Part shown: piece by piece, positions 10,202-22,100 of the stretch | How positions within the stretch are numbered: the stretch's first letter is position 1 | Layout: the number at the start of each line of letters is the position of its first letter | From: an uncultured virus (IMG/VR IMGVR_UViG_3300028559_000007) | Lineage: Duplodnaviria; Heunggongvirae; Uroviricota; Caudoviricetes | IMG/VR virus record: IMGVR_UViG_3300028559_000007 | Length of the DNA stretch: 64,000 nt | Strand: one strand, 5' to 3' | The notes under the pieces: generated by a model | Database searches by the model: none | What the model was told of the DNA's origin: nothing | The model's input: the letters and a program-made list of their open reading frames with translations, nothing else | Translations under genes and position numbers: made by a program

Positions 10202-10813
10202 TTATTTCTTACTTAATCTATATATTAAATTAATTTCAAACCCATTAACTATTCGATAATAATTATCTCCTAGTCTAGTAAAGTTTGAACTAAATAGAAA
10301 AGAATATGTAGTTTTTTTTGATAGATGACTATGTATACCAGCTTTACCCATTAATCCAATTTTAGATGTTTTATTATTTAAAAAATATGAATAAACTGGA
10401 CCACCTTCAATAATAAATGATTGATGATTTGTTGAAGCCTGTGTGAATAAAACAGGTATTTCAATAAAAGAATAGACATTTCTAACACTATAAATATCAT
10501 TTAAATTAACATCAGGTGTGGGATCATAAGATATTTTTTGAGAAGATGTTGATTTTAGAATGGAAACTTTAATTCCATATTGTTTTGATTGATAATATGA
10601 AAATTTGTTCCTTCTTAAAAAGGTACCGCTTATACCATAAGTGGTTGATCTATTAAATAATTTAGATTCATTTCTAAAATCAACAAAAGATGTATTTTTA
10701 TCAACTATTACGGAATTTCCAAAAAAATAAGTTGGTGATAAATTAAAACTTATTTTTTGAGAAAATAAAATAGAAGGTATTAAAATTAATAGAGTTAGTA
10801 TAAAACTTTTCAT
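10202..10813 (-). CDS. Secreted outer-membrane beta-barrel-like protein
   Basis: Signal peptide MKSFILTLLILIPSILFSQ; FIEIPV and EGGP segments; amphipathic terminal strand FEINLIYRL. Confidence 0.6.
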   Translation of the reverse strand: MKSFILTLLILIPSILFSQKISFNLSPTYFFGNSVIVDKNTSFVDFRNESKLFNRSTTYGISGTFLRRNKFSYYQSKQYGIKVSILKSTSSQKISYDPTPDVNLNDIYSVRNVYSFIEIPVLFTQASTNHQSFIIEGGPVYSYFLNNKTSKIGLMGKAGIHSHLSKKTTYSFLFSSNFTRLGDNYYRIVNGFEINLIYRLSKK

Positions 10814-10897
10814 GGCTTTAACAAATATTTATAGTATATATTATGTCTATAATAAACTTAAATCCTTATTCCTTCTATAATAGAGAAAAATTGATAT

Positions 10898-11566
10898 ATG
10901 GATTTTAGAAAATATGCCACTAAACATCACAATATAAATAGTCTCTATTTTGATGACTATTTTAATAAAATGTCTAACAAAACAAACCAATTTATAGATG
11001 ATGGATTTACACCATCTATGTTTGATGTTTTTGGTAAAATGTTAACAGATAGAATTATTTTTCTAAATACAGATTTAGAATCTGGTGTTTGTAATTTAAT
11101 CAAAGCTCAGTTACTTTATCTTGAAAACACATCAAATGATGATATTTCAATATACATTGACTCACCTGGAGGTTCTGTTTATAGTGGACTAGGATTATTA
11201 GATGTAATGGAATATGTTAAACCAGACATTGAAACAATAAATACTGGACTTGCTGCATCAATGGCAGCTATAATTTTATGTTCTGGTACTAAAGGTAAAA
11301 GAAAAGCACTTAAAAGAAGTAGAACAATGATACACCAACCACTTGGATATGGTGGATGGGTTCAACAAGCATCGGATATGGAAATAGAAGCCCGTGAGAT
11401 AAATGAATTGAAAAAGGAATTATATGAGATAATCTCAGAAAGAACTAACCAAAAATATGATAAAGTATATAAAGATGGTGATCGAGATTATTGGATGACT
11501 GCAAAATCCGCTTTAGATTATGGAATGATTGATAGCATTGTTACTAAGAAAAAAAAGAAGAAATAA
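10898..11566 (+). CDS. clpP: ATP-dependent Clp protease proteolytic subunit
   Basis: DRIIFL, YIDSPGGSV, GLAASMA, MIHQPLG, DRDYWM..ALDYGMID. Confidence 0.96.
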   Translation: MDFRKYATKHHNINSLYFDDYFNKMSNKTNQFIDDGFTPSMFDVFGKMLTDRIIFLNTDLESGVCNLIKAQLLYLENTSNDDISIYIDSPGGSVYSGLGLLDVMEYVKPDIETINTGLAASMAAIILCSGTKGKRKALKRSRTMIHQPLGYGGWVQQASDMEIEAREINELKKELYEIISERTNQKYDKVYKDGDRDYWMTAKSALDYGMIDSIVTKKKKKK

Positions 11567-11605
11567 TCTAAAAATATTTGTATATTTGTAATTCGATAAG
11601 AGAAA

Positions 11606-11920
11606 ATGGAAAAAAACCTTCTTAAACAAAATAAAGTTTATAAATTCTTTTTTAAAGATGATGAAGGAGAACATATATTACAATGTAAATTGACAGAATA
11701 CGGATGGTCATTACATAGGGAAATAATATATTACGATTTTAGTGTTATAGACTCTGACAGTTTAAAATATAGAGCAGGATCTAGAATGATATTAGGTCTA
11801 GATTTCAATAATAAAGATAATGAATTTAATTTCTATCCATACTATAACGAGAAAGATTCAAAATATTGTGTGTTAGTTATGAATAAAAAAACTTACAAAT
11901 CTTTTATTAAATTAATTTAA
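11606..11920 (+). CDS. Hypothetical protein
   Basis: ORF after a TATATTTG promoter motif. Confidence 0.6.
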   Translation: MEKNLLKQNKVYKFFFKDDEGEHILQCKLTEYGWSLHREIIYYDFSVIDSDSLKYRAGSRMILGLDFNNKDNEFNFYPYYNEKDSKYCVLVMNKKTYKSFIKLI

Positions 11921-11923
11921 AAT

Positions 11924-11953
11924 AAAAAACCTCTGATTTTTCAGAGGTTTTTT
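11924..11953. terminator. Bidirectional intrinsic terminator
   Basis: AAAAAACCTCTGA/TCAGAGGTTTTTT between convergent genes. Confidence 0.85.
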
Positions 11954-12400
11954 TTATTCACCTTGTTTTGGATCTTGTTTTGGTTTTTTAGACTTATAAG
12001 GTCTTTTCCTTTTCGTCTTAGGTTTGTCAGATTTTGTAGAATCTTGAACCACTTTTTCAGTTTTTTCCGTATTTACTTTATCTTTTTTTAAACTTTCATT
12101 TTTTGAAACTGATTTTAAATCTGGATTAGGCTCTTCAACTTTAGTTTTTTCTGATAAAGTAGGTTTTTGATAACCTTGATAACCTTGTTGACCTTCATGT
12201 CCTTTATTTTGTTCAGGACTTGGAAAATGGATTTCTCTCTTATATTGCAATTGCTCATTTCCATTAATTTTTATAGTTCCTGAAGAAGGATCAATAACTT
12301 CATTTTTTTCTATTACAATTTTATCAACTAATGGAGTACTAACTTCTGGTTTAGAATTTTTTGTAAAAAGTAAATCTTTGAAAAATTTAAAAAATTTCAT
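11954..12400 (-). CDS. Low-complexity hypothetical protein
   Basis: ORF with Lys-rich tail. Confidence 0.6.
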   Translation of the reverse strand: MKFFKFFKDLLFTKNSKPEVSTPLVDKIVIEKNEVIDPSSGTIKINGNEQLQYKREIHFPSPEQNKGHEGQQGYQGYQKPTLSEKTKVEEPNPDLKSVSKNESLKKDKVNTEKTEKVVQDSTKSDKPKTKRKRPYKSKKPKQDPKQGE

Positions 12401-12493
12401 ATTTTATTATTTTTTTAATATATATAGTAAGATCTAATGTCCCTTGTAAAAAACCTTAAAAAACTTAAAACATTTTAAAATATATAATATACA

Positions 12494-14110
12494 ATGAAGT
12501 TTCGTTATGAACCACAAACAGAAGAACTAGTTGTATCTGCAGCAACAAGGGTTGAATATCACCAAATAAATATTTGGCTAACAAGATATGTCAAAGGATA
12601 TAAGTATATGCCTGCTTTTAAATTAGGTGTTTGGAATGGTCAGAATTCATATTTTAGAAATGGTAGAATAAACCTTGGACTTTGGAAAGAGTGTTATAGA
12701 GGATGCAAAGAAATAGAAGTTCCATTTGTTATAGAAAATAAAGAAGACTTTCCAGTTAACAGGGATGTTACTATTGATAAAGTTAAAGATTTTTGTAAAG
12801 ACTTTTTTAAAAATCATAAGATTAAGAACAAAAAAGGTGAATGGATTGAATTTATGCCTTATGATCATCAAATAGATGCCGCTTATAAAATACTTAAAAA
12901 TAGATTTTGTATGGCAGAGGTTGCGACTTCAGGTGGTAAATCTTTGATTATATCAATAGTTATATTTTATACTCTAAAAAATATAAAATCAGATGCTAAA
13001 TTTTTATTAATTGTACCATCAATAACACTTGTAACACAATTTTATGATAATATAGTTGAATACAATCACGGTGTAAATAATTTAGAAGAAATTAGAGATA
13101 AAAAATTAGACTCTTTATTAACTGATAAGGATTATACTGCTTGTGATATAAGAATAGAAGAAGTTATGTCTGATAAACCACGTAAATATTCGGGAACTGA
13201 AAATCCGAATATTTATATTGGAACTTATCAATCTTTAGAAAAGTGGCCTAAACAATTTTTTCAACAATTTCATACAGTAGCTTGTGATGAAGCACATGGT
13301 TCTAAAAGTAAGACAATAACTGGAATTTTACATAAAACATTCGGATCAGCTTATTCAAGATTTGGAGTTTCTGGTACTTTTCCACTAGACGAATCTTGTG
13401 AGATATTAACAATACAATCTGTCTTAGGCCCTAAAATAACCGAAGTTTCTGCAAGTGAATTAAAAGAAAAAGGTATAATAGCTCCAATGGAAGTTAAAGT
13501 TATTATGATGAATCATCAAGATTTAGATTATAGTGAAAGGCTTGAAGCAATTAAAAGATCTGGAATGGGTAAGGAAGCTCTAGAATTAGAAAAAAGCTTT
13601 ATACATGAATCAGATAAAAGATTAAATTTTATTAAAAAAATTGTTGAAAAATGTGATAAAAACACTCTTATTCTTTTTCATAGTATTGAATATGGTCAGA
13701 AGATTTTTAATAAATTAAAAACAGAAGTATCTGGTAAAGATTTTTTCTATATTGATGGTGAGGTTAGAAATAAAGAAAGAGAAGCTATTAAAAAGTTCAT
13801 GGAAGAAACTGCACATAATACTAAAGTATTATGTGCAAGTTTTGGTACTTTAAGCACCGGGGTCTCAATAAATGCAATATTTAATGTTATTTTTGCTGAT
13901 TCTTTTAAATCTGAACAAATTATTATTCAGTCAATAGGTAGGGCATTAAGATTACATGAAGAAAAGAAAACAGCATTAATTTTTGATTTAGTTGATGTAT
14001 TTACACACGATAACCCTAAAAATACTTTATTTAGACATTTCAAAGAAAGAGAAACTTTTTATATTAAACGAAAGTATCCTTATACTCTAACTAAAATTAA
14101 TTTAATTTAA
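12494..14110 (+). CDS. uvsW: UvsW-like SF2 DNA helicase
   Basis: ATSGGKS, DEAH, SGT, QSIGRALR motifs; N-terminal T4-UvsW-like segment. Confidence 0.92.
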   Translation: MKFRYEPQTEELVVSAATRVEYHQINIWLTRYVKGYKYMPAFKLGVWNGQNSYFRNGRINLGLWKECYRGCKEIEVPFVIENKEDFPVNRDVTIDKVKDFCKDFFKNHKIKNKKGEWIEFMPYDHQIDAAYKILKNRFCMAEVATSGGKSLIISIVIFYTLKNIKSDAKFLLIVPSITLVTQFYDNIVEYNHGVNNLEEIRDKKLDSLLTDKDYTACDIRIEEVMSDKPRKYSGTENPNIYIGTYQSLEKWPKQFFQQFHTVACDEAHGSKSKTITGILHKTFGSAYSRFGVSGTFPLDESCEILTIQSVLGPKITEVSASELKEKGIIAPMEVKVIMMNHQDLDYSERLEAIKRSGMGKEALELEKSFIHESDKRLNFIKKIVEKCDKNTLILFHSIEYGQKIFNKLKTEVSGKDFFYIDGEVRNKEREAIKKFMEETAHNTKVLCASFGTLSTGVSINAIFNVIFADSFKSEQIIIQSIGRALRLHEEKKTALIFDLVDVFTHDNPKNTLFRHFKERETFYIKRKYPYTLTKINLI

Positions 14111-15657
14111 AGTTCAGGAACATTATTTCGAGTAATTAAAGTATAAGTAAATTTATTACCATATTTAATTCTGTGTTTTTCTAATAATCCGAATATTTGA
14201 TCCAAATCAGTTGGACTTTGAATAACTTGACATCCCTCAGACCAATTATTAACACCATAAGTATTTTTACCTTGGTTTCTATTAAACCCTTTATGAATTA
14301 ACATACCAGCATTACCCTCATCACTTTTATTGTATGTTATTTTATCAATTCCTGTATTAGTATCTCTGTAAAACTTTTGCTTACCAGGTCTTAAACATTT
14401 TTCACCGTGATATTCACTAATAGTCCAAGAATTTTTATACTGAGCCGGTTGTAATATACCTAATCCCCCTCTTAATTTAATTTTTGGAAGGTCTTTTTGT
14501 AAAGTTTTACTTTTACTAGACACATATTTTCCAGGAATTGTAGATATTGGATACCAATGGGCTTTTAAAGATCCTTGTTCATTATTATAAATAATATAAA
14601 GTCTATCAATAAATTTATTTGAATATTGATCTCCTGCGTTTTGATATCTTATTCCAACTATATTCATCTCATATGGTCTTGAATATATCTCATAATTTAA
14701 TCTTTTTAGTTGAGTAAGTATATATTTCCCATCATCATTATTTTCCATAGAAGATGGGGGTATTTCTTTTTGTTCAGTATCTGGTTGATTAGGATCTTGA
14801 GAGCCACTAGCTTCTGTTAGATTTCCTTCTGGTGAAATTGCCGCTTTAGGTCCAAAATCGATAGGTTCGGAATCAACATTACTTACTTCAGAAACTCCAG
14901 TTTTTGTTGTTTTCCATCTATCCCCAACTTGACCTTCTTGGATTCTATCCTTTTGTGTTTTAACAACACTAGAATCTATTAATTTGTTATCATTTAGATT
15001 CACATTGTGTGATAAAAATTTAGGATCTTTTAACGCTTTATATTTTTGACAAATTTCTATAAATTCAGGATTAGCAACAACCGGAGCACCCATATTTCCT
15101 AAATAAGGCCCACTATTTTCTCCAAGTAAATTAGATATAAAATCATCAAACCAATTTAAAAAATTAGTACCTAATATAGCTTGTTGGTTTGCACTCTCAT
15201 GTCCTAAATTTATACTGGAATTATTATCTTTTAGATTTAAATGAATACTATTACTTGTAATGTTTATTTGATTCATTTTATGATCAATTACAAGACCTTC
15301 AGTATCATTAACAAATATCTGAGTCTTATGATCAAATATAACCGATTTCATTGATGTATAATCTTGGCCTGAAAGAGTTTTTAATTTATTTTCTAAATTT
15401 ATATTATAATGTTCAGCATAAATATATTCTGGTTTATAAATATTACCAGAATCAAAAACAACTGTAAGTATTTTACCTTTTTCTGGAACATTGAATGAGT
15501 TACCATTTAAATCTTTCCAAGGTGAAGCCCAAGGTATATCATTTTTTGGAATTCCATCAAAAATATCTATAACTCTTATTCGACATCTACCAATCTTTTT
15601 AGGATCTTCATTATCTTCAACTATACCAATATAGGTTCTTGCGCTATCAACATACAT
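14107..15657 (-). CDS. gp5-like baseplate protein (N-terminal OB fold) fused to a putative peptidoglycan-active C-terminal domain
   Basis: GIVEDNEDPKKIGRCRIRV..IPWASP; C-terminal LIHKG..WSEGCQV (L,D-transpeptidase-like His/Cys). Confidence 0.8.
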   Translation of the reverse strand: MYVDSARTYIGIVEDNEDPKKIGRCRIRVIDIFDGIPKNDIPWASPWKDLNGNSFNVPEKGKILTVVFDSGNIYKPEYIYAEHYNINLENKLKTLSGQDYTSMKSVIFDHKTQIFVNDTEGLVIDHKMNQINITSNSIHLNLKDNNSSINLGHESANQQAILGTNFLNWFDDFISNLLGENSGPYLGNMGAPVVANPEFIEICQKYKALKDPKFLSHNVNLNDNKLIDSSVVKTQKDRIQEGQVGDRWKTTKTGVSEVSNVDSEPIDFGPKAAISPEGNLTEASGSQDPNQPDTEQKEIPPSSMENNDDGKYILTQLKRLNYEIYSRPYEMNIVGIRYQNAGDQYSNKFIDRLYIIYNNEQGSLKAHWYPISTIPGKYVSSKSKTLQKDLPKIKLRGGLGILQPAQYKNSWTISEYHGEKCLRPGKQKFYRDTNTGIDKITYNKSDEGNAGMLIHKGFNRNQGKNTYGVNNWSEGCQVIQSPTDLDQIFGLLEKHRIKYGNKFTYTLITRNNVPEL

Positions 15658-15678
15658 GTAATATATATTGTTTAACTT

Positions 15679-17667
15679 TTAACCTCCTACTATTCCACCA
15701 AGAAGATCTCCTCCAAAATTTCTTAATGTATTTTTAACATCAGAATAAAATTGACTACTAGAACGTGTATCACTATAAACATTTGTAGGATTACTCATTC
15801 TACCAACCCCAAATGAATTTTTAACTTTATCAAGACTATTATTTACCAATCTAAATTGACTATTTAATTGTCTTTGAGATTCATTTAGTGATGTGTTTTT
15901 AATATTTTGTAATAGTCTTTCTCCGGAATTTTTAAGCAATCCATTAGAATTTGTATTTTTATCAGTTATTGTCTTTGTATATTGTCTATTATAAATATTA
16001 GACTTTTCATCTTTTTTAAAATTATCTAATACAACTGTTTCTGTCTCAGGTATATCAGATTGTGATCTATTTTCAATCAATGACGATATAATATCTTTAC
16101 CAGAATATCCATTATTTAAAGTATTTGTAGTTCCTCTATCAAGTAAAATTATTTCATCACCTGTTAGATTAGCCGCTTTTGCATCACTTGGTGTTAATTC
16201 AGTTGGATTTTTTCTAGCATTATTTAAAAATGAATACTGATTAGAATTAAAATTAAACCTATCAAATCTCATAGTTGAAAACTTATAACTAAATGTTACT
16301 TCCAATAAATCAGAATTTGTTAAAGAACCACCTCCAATATCTATTGAATCACCATGAGTCATTTTATCAAAAAATAATTGACACTCATATAAATTATAAA
16401 CATATCTTGAAACATTTTCTTTTAATGTCTCAAGACCAGCTTTCCCATTAGCTGCTTTAACAACTCTTGTTAAATTCCTTACCTCAGATGCAATTATATA
16501 ACAATCAAATCTAAGCAAGTTTTCTGGTATTATATTCTTACCATTTATTCTAGACCAATATAGTGCTTTATATAAGGATGCAAGTGTTCCAAGATTTAAA
16601 GTAGTATCTTCATAAAATGATAATTTTATTAAATCTTGTCTATATTTCACAAAAGATGATTGAGATGACGGTGTATTGGCCTCAATTAGTTTATCAAGTC
16701 CTGATACTTTTTTAATATAATGTCTTTTAGTATTTATTAGTTTACTATCACCATCTAAATTAGTTGTATTAAAAATAGATTGCCTCATATCATCTGTAAA
16801 TGAATTGGTTATTGAATTTAAAGTAGTATTAAATTTAAAAAATTTTGAAAATTCATTTATAGTGTCTATTAGTATTCTACCTCTTGATTTTATTTCACTA
16901 TTTCCTTTAAACATATTAATAAATTCTGCTGCTTCTCCATTAAATAATGGAGAATTTGGCACATCTATTATTAACTCAAATCCTAGAAATAATGGATCTT
17001 CATTATCTTTAGGTGTCACTGATAAATTATCATTTGTTGTTAACAGTCTATCTTCTTCTAGTCCAAATTTAAACCTATAATCAGAAGATTCTTTTCCCTC
17101 ATAGAATCCAGTGTCTCCAACTTTCTTTGTATATAATTTGGCTTCATTACTATCGACAATACCAGTTGTTCTGCTATTAGGAATAACTCCACCCATTGCT
17201 TGAGATCCTAATCCTAAGTTTACTTCTTTACCTGTTCTATAATAAACAACTGGTGTGAATCCGGACGGTGATAAATTACCAGTATCTTCATCAACTAACT
17301 GAACAGATGGACTAGCAGGTGATAATATTGTACCACTAACTAAAGTTCTAGAAACACCCGGCATTTCTTTTATAATAGAACTTAATTTATCATCTATCCA
17401 TTGATTAGTTTGGTTAAAATAACCAACTGGTGTAAATGCTGCTATTCTGGTAAGACCATTATTTATAAATGTATTCTCATCTATTCCTTTAAGATCAGGT
17501 CTAGTAATTCCACCGCCAGGTCCACTATAGATGCCACTAAAATTGGTGGATCCTTGTGGATTTTGTTTTGAATTAAATAATTTAGATGATAAAGTGTCTC
17601 CTAACTTTTGCATTCCCGAATTTAAACTATCTGCCATAACATATATATTTAAACAAGCTAAATACAT
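15679..17667 (-). CDS. Probable virion structural protein
   Basis: Long ORF next to gp5-like gene; likely start 17637. Confidence 0.55.
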   Translation of the reverse strand: MYLACLNIYVMADSLNSGMQKLGDTLSSKLFNSKQNPQGSTNFSGIYSGPGGGITRPDLKGIDENTFINNGLTRIAAFTPVGYFNQTNQWIDDKLSSIIKEMPGVSRTLVSGTILSPASPSVQLVDEDTGNLSPSGFTPVVYYRTGKEVNLGLGSQAMGGVIPNSRTTGIVDSNEAKLYTKKVGDTGFYEGKESSDYRFKFGLEEDRLLTTNDNLSVTPKDNEDPLFLGFELIIDVPNSPLFNGEAAEFINMFKGNSEIKSRGRILIDTINEFSKFFKFNTTLNSITNSFTDDMRQSIFNTTNLDGDSKLINTKRHYIKKVSGLDKLIEANTPSSQSSFVKYRQDLIKLSFYEDTTLNLGTLASLYKALYWSRINGKNIIPENLLRFDCYIIASEVRNLTRVVKAANGKAGLETLKENVSRYVYNLYECQLFFDKMTHGDSIDIGGGSLTNSDLLEVTFSYKFSTMRFDRFNFNSNQYSFLNNARKNPTELTPSDAKAANLTGDEIILLDRGTTNTLNNGYSGKDIISSLIENRSQSDIPETETVVLDNFKKDEKSNIYNRQYTKTITDKNTNSNGLLKNSGERLLQNIKNTSLNESQRQLNSQFRLVNNSLDKVKNSFGVGRMSNPTNVYSDTRSSSQFYSDVKNTLRNFGGDLLGGIVGG

Positions 17668-17705
17668 ATTAGAAATTAATATATAATAAAAAGTATAAAA
17701 CTTTT

Positions 17706-19094
17706 ATGAAATTTTTAAAAAGTCCTTATCTATTCGAATCAAACAGTATCAATACTAAAACCTATTATACACCAAAAAATCTAGTCTTTGAGATATGCAC
17801 ATCAATGGTTCTTCTGAACAATGAATTTCTGGATAATTTATTAGATAGAGGTTTGAAAGCTAGATATTCTGAAAATTCTTCTGTATTTTTAACAGATCTA
17901 AAAAATATTTTATTATCAAAAAATAGATTAGAGTTAGGTCAATATTTAGGTAAAGAATTTAAATCAGATGATGAATTATCAAAAATTAACAATATTTTTG
18001 ATCAAGTTGAATTTGATATTGAGAAAAATTGGGAACAATTAGTTAGTGCTAGACAAACAGCTAGAAATATAATTGATAAATTATTACCAAATGAGAAATT
18101 AAAATCAGATAGAATTTCAAAGATATATTGGTTAGGTCCTAATAAAAATGAGGATTTACAAGAAGATATAGTTATCGAATTAACAGATGGATTACAATTT
18201 TCTTTTTATTTAAATAAAAATCTTTCTCTACAAAAAACATCAAGTTTTAACACATTTGCTGATGATTTAATTCCAAATGATATTGATAATTTATTTAATG
18301 AAGAAAACATTAAAAAATGGGATAAATTAACTCAAGAATGGGTTAGAATAGTTTATGAAAATTCAAATAAAAACATACAATCATATATTGAAAAATTCAT
18401 AGATACTAAAAGAATTGAATCAATTGGTTATTTTGAATATTTTGATTTAAGACATCAAGATCCAAGATTTAAATATCTTGGTGAATATATGAAAGAATTT
18501 GAGAAAAATATTCTTAAACTTTCTGAATTAATGAATGAAATTTGGAAAAATAGAGATATATATTTTATAGATTTAGATCGAGCTAATAAAGAATGGTATG
18601 AAACTAAGATCACAATTCTTAATTCTAGAATATTAGAAAACTTATTTACAACTTCTTTAAAAAGAGATAAGCTAGAAGAAATAGAGAAGAAAGAAGATAG
18701 ATTTAAAAAATCATCAGGTACTATTAAAATGAAATTAATGAAAACTCTAGTTAATAAAATGAATTGCTTGGAAAGACCTATCTATTATCTTTCAAACTCT
18801 GGTAATAATTTTATACAAATTCCAAGCAGAGAGTTTTTTAGAAAAAATTATGATAATATAGAAATATTATTTGACTATCATGTTAGATTTCAAGTTTCCT
18901 CAGAAGAAGAAAATAATAATTTTAATTTTAAAATTAAATTAGTTATGGATAATCAAGAAGTTATTAATATGTCAATAATAGTTGGGTTTTCTGGAGGTGA
19001 GTTTTCGGGTAAATTAAATGCTAAATTTAAATATGATTTACCAGAAAATTTTAATTATATAATATCAAAAATAGAAGGAATAGAGGAAATTTGA
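17706..19094 (+). CDS. Hypothetical protein
   Basis: 462-aa ORF after TAATATATA. Confidence 0.7.
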   Translation: MKFLKSPYLFESNSINTKTYYTPKNLVFEICTSMVLLNNEFLDNLLDRGLKARYSENSSVFLTDLKNILLSKNRLELGQYLGKEFKSDDELSKINNIFDQVEFDIEKNWEQLVSARQTARNIIDKLLPNEKLKSDRISKIYWLGPNKNEDLQEDIVIELTDGLQFSFYLNKNLSLQKTSSFNTFADDLIPNDIDNLFNEENIKKWDKLTQEWVRIVYENSNKNIQSYIEKFIDTKRIESIGYFEYFDLRHQDPRFKYLGEYMKEFEKNILKLSELMNEIWKNRDIYFIDLDRANKEWYETKITILNSRILENLFTTSLKRDKLEEIEKKEDRFKKSSGTIKMKLMKTLVNKMNCLERPIYYLSNSGNNFIQIPSREFFRKNYDNIEILFDYHVRFQVSSEEENNNFNFKIKLVMDNQEVINMSIIVGFSGGEFSGKLNAKFKYDLPENFNYIISKIEGIEEI

Positions 19095-19140
19095 TAAAAA
19101 AACTAAGTTTTAATATATATAAATAAATTTAACTTAGTAA

Positions 19141-22100
19141 ATGTCAAAAGTATTGCCAATATTTCCACTATATCCATCTTCAACATTTCTAGAATATAAC
19201 GTATCATTAGCTATACCTGGTCCTAAATTATGGGATTTACCAACGATTGGAGATTTTTCAAAAAAAAATAACTATCCTAATACTGAATCAGCTATTTTAA
19301 TACCTGATGTTGAATATATTAAAAGATTTGCAAACTATGAATTGGGAATATCAGATGATCTTTTAAAATCAGCTCAAAAGCAAAATATATCTAGAATAAA
19401 AAATCCACAAGTTAGAGAAACATTTGATCAATTATATGGTCAGTCATCTTCTAAGACCGGAGCTTTTAAAGATGGAATTGGATTTTCATCAATTGAGAAA
19501 ACAATATTATCATCAATTTTTGAAACACAAAAGCCATATTTTGAAATAGCTCAATTTGTTATAAAAAGTCTTTCAAAAATTGAAGATATAATAGCTAGAA
19601 TTTGTCCACTAATAGGAGCTGCTACAAATCCTCCTTTAGCTCTTGCTATAAAATCTAGAAAGCCTAAGGGAAATGGTCCACAGCAAAATGGTAGTTTGGG
19701 TCCATATGGAACTCCACCAGCATTAGGATATAAAAATAGTGAAGAAATTTTAAAAAAATTAGATAAAGTTTCTACATTATTACAAAAAGGAGATGGTTTT
19801 AAAATTGATAAAAATGGAAAATATACTAAAGTCCCTAAAAAGTTTACTAATGAAAATAATGTAAAAATTGAATCTTTTGATAATTCAATTTTTACATATG
19901 TTACAGTATCAACTATATATTCAACAGGAATATTTAAGCCAACAGAAAACTATTTTTATAAATATATTGATATAGAGGCTGATCAAGAATTACCAGAATT
20001 TATAACACCCCCAGAAGATTTAGATATAGATAATAGTCCAGATAAAATAATTTTAGGAATTTTTAATAAAAATGGAACACCAATTGACCCAAATTCAAAA
20101 TTACAATATTGGGGGATTACTCAGGATGGATTAGATTTAGAAAAAAAAGACTCAATTTTTGAAAAAGCACCATGGATAAAAAGTGAGAAATGGGTTTTTG
20201 ATAAATCAATAGATTATAAAAATAGTATTACTTGGCAAACTATTGATAGTCCAATTTATTCTTGGAAAAAGAATGGTAGAGTTTTGAAACAAGAAAATAG
20301 TCCAGGTGATGGATGGGATAAGATTAAATATAAAGATGTAATAAATTTTGATAAAGAGGAAAATCAGTATTTAAAATATTTAGAAGATGATTTCTTTGTT
20401 GAATTTAAAAAATCAAGCATAAATGAATATAGATCATATTATTTATACTTAACTGAACAAGCATTTGATAAAAATAAGGTTCCAGCTGAGGATAGATATG
20501 AAATTCTTCAACAAATTGAAAAGTTATTTAGTGATAAATCACCAAATGATAAAATAGTCGAACAGTTAAGAAATCTTATAAAATTTAGTGAGTTTAACTC
20601 ATCATATTATGAAAATATTATAGATAAAAAAGATTGGATTTATAATACAAATCCACCTAATGATAAATTACCAAATGAATTAAGAAGAATATTTAAACCA
20701 ATGAGATTTGATATAAATGGAAAAACAGTTTGGATAGATCCAGAAGGAGATTATGATATAAAAGTTATAAAAATAGATCCTGTTTTAAGGATAGATTATA
20801 ATGATAATGTTATAACAACAGAAGACAGTAATATTTCAGCTAATAAAAGTTTAGAGAAGAGTTCAAATATTAAATCATTTGTTAAAAATAAATTATCTAT
20901 AAATGTATTTACAAAATCAGGAGATATTCTAAAGTTTTCAATAGATGTAAGTAGGGGTGATAATATAGATACTTATAAAAATGTAGAATCTTATGATTTA
21001 GTAAATTGGAATGTTTATTTTGATAGTTTTACTGGTGAAAAATATATAACAGACTTAGAATATAATTTCAAAATATATTTTGAAATAAATAATAATAAAT
21101 ATGTTTTGTTTGAAATGGTAGTTGATCAAACAACAAAAATAAATGGAGTTAACTTGTTACCTCTTTTCTTTAAAAGAAATACTTTAAATATAAATTTAGG
21201 ATATAATAGTTTAGAAGAAGCATTAAAAGGAAATAATTTAATAAATTTTAACTCATCTATATCAGTTAGTGAACTACCAAGATTTCAAGTTGAATTAAGT
21301 GAGTCAGGATCTAGTTTAAAATTAATAAATTCTAAAGATTATAATATTAAATCAATTTTGAATAAGAATTTACAAGACTTATCAAATATTAATAAACTAT
21401 ATTCAAAAGGAAGATATGGTGCTGGTTGGAAAGGTGGTCCTTGCTTCGATAGCAATAATAGTCCAATATTAGATGATAGTGGTAATATAGTTATAGAACC
21501 AGATAATCCACAATTTATAGGATATAATAGAAGATCTCAATTAACAGAATTAGACATAGAACCGTATTATATAATTGAAGCTTATAAAAAATCAAGAAAT
21601 GAGGAAGAGGATCAATCAAATAGTGGTTCTGGAGGTTCTTCATCTGGTGAAAGCTTTTATAGAATGCCTGCAGCAGTTGGAATAACTAAAGTAATGATAG
21701 ATTTAACAATAGATTTATCAGTTAAACTTTTTCCGGCAATAACTAAACTAATTGAACTAATTAAAAATCCATCTTCTTTTGTTACAACAATAATACAGTC
21801 AAAATTAGAAGATCATTTTTTAATATTTAATCCAAAAGTTACTGATATAATTAGTGAAGTTAATAATTTTAGAACAAAGTTTAAAAGTTCATCTAACGAT
21901 GATGATAAATTTAATATTTTAAAAGATATGAAAAGCTTTGCCAAATCATCAGAAATTGGAAACTATTTACATATAGATAATCAGGCAGATTTTAAATTTC
22001 TACTAGATGGTCCAGCTTTAATAGGATTTTTCGGAATATTATTTGGATTAGATTTAAATTTAACTAAATCGTTCAGTGGTTCTGCAATAACTCCAATATT

